Source: Balanoglossus misakiensis (taxonomy: Eukaryota > Animalia > Hemichordata). Taken from it: a stretch of DNA of 64,000 nucleotides. The DNA lies in NCBI GenBank assembly GCA_040954595.2, contig CM082578.2:3020831-3084830 (forward strand). Reading direction: 5' to 3'. Made by a program: the position numbers and the translations under genes. How positions within the stretch are numbered: the first letter of the stretch is position 1; the number at the start of each line of letters is the position of its first letter. Shown here piece after piece: positions 59,664 to 64,000 of the stretch. The notes below the pieces were generated by a model that saw nothing but the letters and a program-made list of their open reading frames with translations, did no database searches and was not told where the DNA came from.

Positions 59664-62600
59664 TACGGCGCGCCAAGTGTTTCAAAATTATTTATCATTA
59701 TTTTATAGAAAATTGATGTCTTTTAACAAAAAAAATACGTAAAAAACACAAAAAACTGATTGGTGGTTTAAAAAACAACGAGTGTAAAAAGTAATCCATC
59801 GTGGAGTCAAAAAACAAAAAACACACAGAAGAAAATCTCACCTGTTGTCAAAAAACCCCCCACCAAGCTCACCAAAAAAAACGTCCACAAGGCAGTTGCA
59901 AAAAAAAATCACTAATTTGTAACAAAAAAACCACGCGCACATTTTTCACGAAAAACGCACACTTCATCCCCACAAAAAATACACACAAAGTATTAAAAAG
60001 AACACTCTTTGAAAAAAAAGAGAGACTACAACTTTAAAAAATGCATACCCCCAGAACAAACAACACAGGCAAACATAGAAAAAACACGAACATGTTAGCC
60101 ATAAAAAACGGAGATATTTGTCACCGAAAAAAAACCCGCACTCATGTCACCCCAAAACTAACGGGCCACTTTAAAAAAAAGCAGATGCACTGAGGTTGCA
60201 AAAATAAGCACATTTTTAATCCCCCGAAAAAAAAAACAGGCAATTTGAAAAAAAACCCACAGCAATTTGCAAAAAAAAAAAAAAAAAAAATAGGAACATT
60301 TGTCACCCAAAAAAACAGGCAATTTGAAAAAAAAAAACGCAGAGCAATTTGCAAAAAAAAAAAAAAAAAAAAATAGGAACATTTGTCACCCCCCAAAAAC
60401 AGGCAATTTGAAAAAAAAAACGCAGAGCAATTTGCAAAAAAAAATATATAGGAACATTTGTCACCCAAAAAAACAGGCAATTTGAAAAAAAAACGCAGAG
60501 CAATTTGCAAAAAAAAAAATATAAAGGAACATTTGTCACCCAAAAAAACAGGCAATTTGAAAAAAAAAAAAAACGCAGAGCTATTTGCAAAAAAAAATAA
60601 TAGGAACATTTGTCACCCAAAAAACAGGCAATTTGAAAAAAAAAACACGATATAAAATTTGAAAAAAAAATATATAGGCATATTTGTCACCCAAAATATT
60701 CAGGCAGATCCAAGTTGTAAAAAATGGTATATTTGTCATCCAAAAAATAAAACAAGCGTGTTTAAAAAAAACGAGCATTCAGTTGTAAAAATAAATAATA
60801 GTCTTTAACAACTTGAAAAAAAAAAAACGGACGCATTTGAAAGAATAGCGTATGCGCATGCGCCGAAAAAAAAATGAGTGAGAAATGCGCTCCAAAAAAA
60901 AAAAGTGAGAGATTTTGCTAGAGGAGTCTGGGTAATCTTAAAAAAAAAACAGAGTGTGAAAATAAGTTGACTCGAAGAAGAGAAAAGAAAGGGGAAACAC
61001 ACAAACCGTCACACAGGACAAACAACAGTCTCCTCATCGCTAGGCGTACGCGTGATGATATGACAAGTGTTTACGTCTGTGAGGTGGTGTGTATGTGTCG
61101 GATAGAACGCGAGTCGACTAGAAACCGAGTCGACTGACGGTTACTGTGGTGGACGCGAATATATGGTCGCCATTGTGGGATTCCTTCGTGAAGGAAGTGA
61201 AGCCACTTGTTCGGGACCACATATGACCGGAGCGTTGCGTTTAACATGGTCGAACGAACTGTCATTATGAACAACTCCTGCTGTAACCTGTGATGCTGAA
61301 ACGTACAATAACTTTCCATATTCTTTTGTACAGTACACAGAGTTTCAACGCGGATGACGCGGAGACGATCAACTAATTATGGACTGAGCGACTCCTTTGG
61401 GGTATTTGACCTTTTACCAGCCAAATGTAAACAAACGATTTGCGGTGAATTCATACACATGACAACGATTTCCCGAAGGTCATTCATACCTCACTTTGAA
61501 AAATACAACAAATAACAAACAGTTTCTAAATAAAATATTTTTTTCCAATATTTATAAGTTGTCAAAACTGAGCTGATTTTTTGTATAGTTCGCTAGTACT
61601 GCACAGAAGACAGTATTAGTTGTGGGCACCATGCCAACTCTTACGTTATGGGCAACGTTCAGTTCTGCCGTTTGGGGTTTAGATTTGTCTTACATCACAG
61701 ATGATTATGCTACAAATTTCACGATTTCTGTAGACCAAATCTAGAATAGCAAACCGCGGACGTAGTGCCAGTGGTGTCATGTTTGACTGTGTGGTATCAT
61801 GACGGTATCATGTTTATGTGGTCCCGAACAAGTGGCTTCACTTCCTTCACGAAGGAATCCCACAATGGCGACCACATATTCGCGTCCACCACAGTAACCT
61901 TCAGTCGACTCTGATTCTAGTCGACTCGCGTTCTATCCGACACATACACACACCACCTCACAGACGTAAACACTTGTCATATCATCACGCGTACGCCTCG
62001 GCGATGAGGAGACTGTTGTTTGTCCTGTGTGACGGTTTGTGTGTTTCCCCTTTCTTTTCTCTTCTTCGAGTCAACTTATTTTCACACTCTGTTTTTTTTT
62101 TAAGATTACCCAGACTCCTCTAGCAAAATCTCTCACTTTTTTTTTTGGAGCGCATTTCTCACTCATTTTTTTTTCGGCGCATGCGCATACGCTATTCTTT
62201 CAAGTGCGTCCGTTTTTTTTTTTTTCAAGTTGTTAAAGACTATTATTTATTTTTACAACTGAATGCTCGTTTTTTTTAAACACGCTTGTTTTATTTTTTG
62301 GATGACAAATATACCATTTTTTACAACTTGGATCTGCCTGAATATTTTGGGTGACAAATATGCCTATATATTTTTTTTTCAAATTTTATATCGTGTTTTT
62401 TTTTTCAAATTGCCTGTTTTTTGGGTGACAAATGTTCCTATTATTTTTTTTTTTTGCAAATTGCTCTGCGTTTTTTTTTTTCAAATTGCTTGTTTTTTTG
62501 GGTGACAAATGTTCCTATATATTTTTTTTTTGCAAATTGCTCTGCGTTTTTTTTTTCAAATTGCCTGGGTTTTTTTGGGTGACAAATGTTCCTATTTTTT

Positions 62601-63238
62601 TTTTTTTTTGCAAATTGCTGTGCGTTTTTTTCAAATTGCCTGTTTTTTTTTCGGGGGATTAGAAATGTGCTTATTTTTGCAACCCCAGTGCATCTGCGTT
62701 TTTTAAAGCGGTCCGTTAGTTTTAGGGTGACATGAGTGCGGGTTTTTTTTTCGGTGACAAATATCTCCGTTTTTTATGGCTAACATGTTCGTGTTTTTTC
62801 TATGTTTGCCTGTGTTGTTTGTTCTGGGGGTATGCATTTTTTTCAAGTTGTAGTCTCTCTTTTTTTTCAAAGAGTGTTCTTTTTAATACTTTGTGTGTAT
62901 TTTTTGTGGGGATGAAGTGTGCGTTTTTCGTGAAAAATGTGCGCGTAGTTTTTTTGTGACACATAAGTGATTTTTTTTTTCAACTGCCTTGTGGGCGTAT
63001 TTTTTGGTGAGCTTGGTGGGGTTTTTTTACAATAGGTGAGATTTTCTTCTGTGTGTGTTAGTGTTTTTTTTTTTTTTTGTTTTTGTTTTTTTTTACTCCA
63101 CGATGTATTACTTTTTACACTCGTTGTTTTTTAAACCACCAATCAGTTTTTTGTGTTTTTTACGTATTTTTTTTGTTAAAAGACATCAATTTTCTATAAA
63201 ATAATGATAAATAATTTTGAAACACTTGGCGCGCCGTA
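59664..63238. mobile_element. 3575-bp foldback element with ~1.5-kb inverted arms (IS3EU-like TACGG...CCGTA ends)
   Basis: Arms 59664-61223 and 61815-63238 are reverse complements. GGAGTAC at 59657-59663 and 63239-63245. The empty site TTGGAGTACACTGA is visible at 58681. The arms contain ~75-bp A-rich tandem subrepeats. Confidence 0.92.
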
Positions 63239-63312
63239 GGAGTACACTGAATTTGATTTGAGTGACGATACTATCAAAAATGGATAGACAACATATTTTT
63301 TGGCTTTATACC

Positions 63313-63386
63313 GGCGCCGTGGCTTAGTTGGTTAAAGCGCCTGTCTAGTAAACAGGAGATCCTGGGTTCGAATCTCAGCGGTGCCT
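63313..63386 (+). tRNA. tRNA-Thr(AGT)
   Basis: Same sequence as the other Thr copies. Confidence 0.93.
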
Positions 63387-63819
63387 TTTTTATGTACAAA
63401 CCAATATTAAATTTTAAAATGTGCCTAAAACCAGCGCCTTTGACCGCTCGGCCACGCTACCCTGGACATTTGTGAGGTATGCAAGTGAAATAGCAAGAAG
63501 AGATAAATTTTTGGTGGACAAGGCTTGCATACTGTTGAATTAATCAAAGATTGATATGTTGTCTGTGGGAGAGCACAATAAGTTTTGGGGTACTTTAATT
63601 TTTTGTAGTACTGACATGTATGTAGGTGCGGTTTTACAACCGAAAGTCACTGATAAAGTACCGCACGTTAGTTTTGGTCTCCTGAGAATAGCAAAAATGG
63701 ACGAACGTAGGCCAGTTGGACGTTTTATTAAAACTTAATATTCCAAAACATCAGCCTTTAATCCCACGGTGATTTCTGTTCACTGCCAAATTTGTTTGAT
63801 TTCTGAAGAAACAAAAGTG

Positions 63820-63901
63820 TGGCAGCGGTGGGATTCGAACCCACGCCATCGAAATGACTGGTGCCTAAAACCAGCGCCTTAGACCGCTCGGCCACGCTAC
63901 C
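63820..63901 (-). tRNA. tRNA-Leu(TAG)
   Basis: Same sequence as the other array Leu copies. Confidence 0.93.
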
Positions 63902-64000
63902 TGGACATTTGTGAGCAGTTTCGTCCAAAACACAGAATGACAGTTATGGCGCGTAATCGAGGCCAAAATTAACACCTCACTTTTTGAGTGAAACGCATTC

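Larger units (their letters stand above)
57760..64000. repeat. 974-bp tandem tRNA array (Thr + half-Leu + Leu), at least 3 units, runs off the window
   Basis: Thr genes start at 57783, 58757 and 63313 (974; then 974 + 3582 of insert and TSD). Units are nearly identical. Confidence 0.95.

Noticed and set aside
59801-62959. Many Phe- or Lys-rich ORFs
   Set aside because: They are translations of poly-A/T subrepeats in the foldback arms, mirrored on both strands.
59664-63238. Dada (tRNA-targeting) transposon, suggested by the 7-bp TSD and tRNA context
   Set aside because: Dada lacks TIRs and inserts within the RNA gene. This element has very long TIRs and sits in the spacer.

Overview
Eukaryotic (metazoan) genomic DNA: AT-rich, with many short GT-AG introns. 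The repeat content suggests a marine invertebrate, which is an inference. Host genes are a ~27-exon ABCC4/MRP4-type ABC transporter (+, 14641-25114), a Golgi-type sulfotransferase (-, ~38489-39604), an intron-containing tRNA-Arg(TCT), and a tRNA-Thr(AGT)/tRNA-Leu(TAG) cluster that becomes a 974-bp tandem array at the right end. Most of the rest is nested mobile DNA whose ends and target-site duplications (TSDs) are readable. (1) A decayed Academ-like DNA transposon (1-11005) holds a 5'-inverted RTE-X-like LINE (15-bp TSD), which holds a MITE and an ISL2EU-like THAP/YqaJ element with an internal inversion. (2) A full-length L1/Tx1-like LINE is split by a 4.2-kb EnSpm-like element. (3) A TTAA-flanked Kolobok-like element holds an apparently intact 7.47-kb CACTCG-ended transposon encoding a spliced Academ/DUF6589-like transposase plus a stand-alone HIRAN protein; this is the best novelty candidate. 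(4) A 3.6-kb foldback element sits in the tRNA array. Family names come from motif and terminus recognition by eye; no searches were run.
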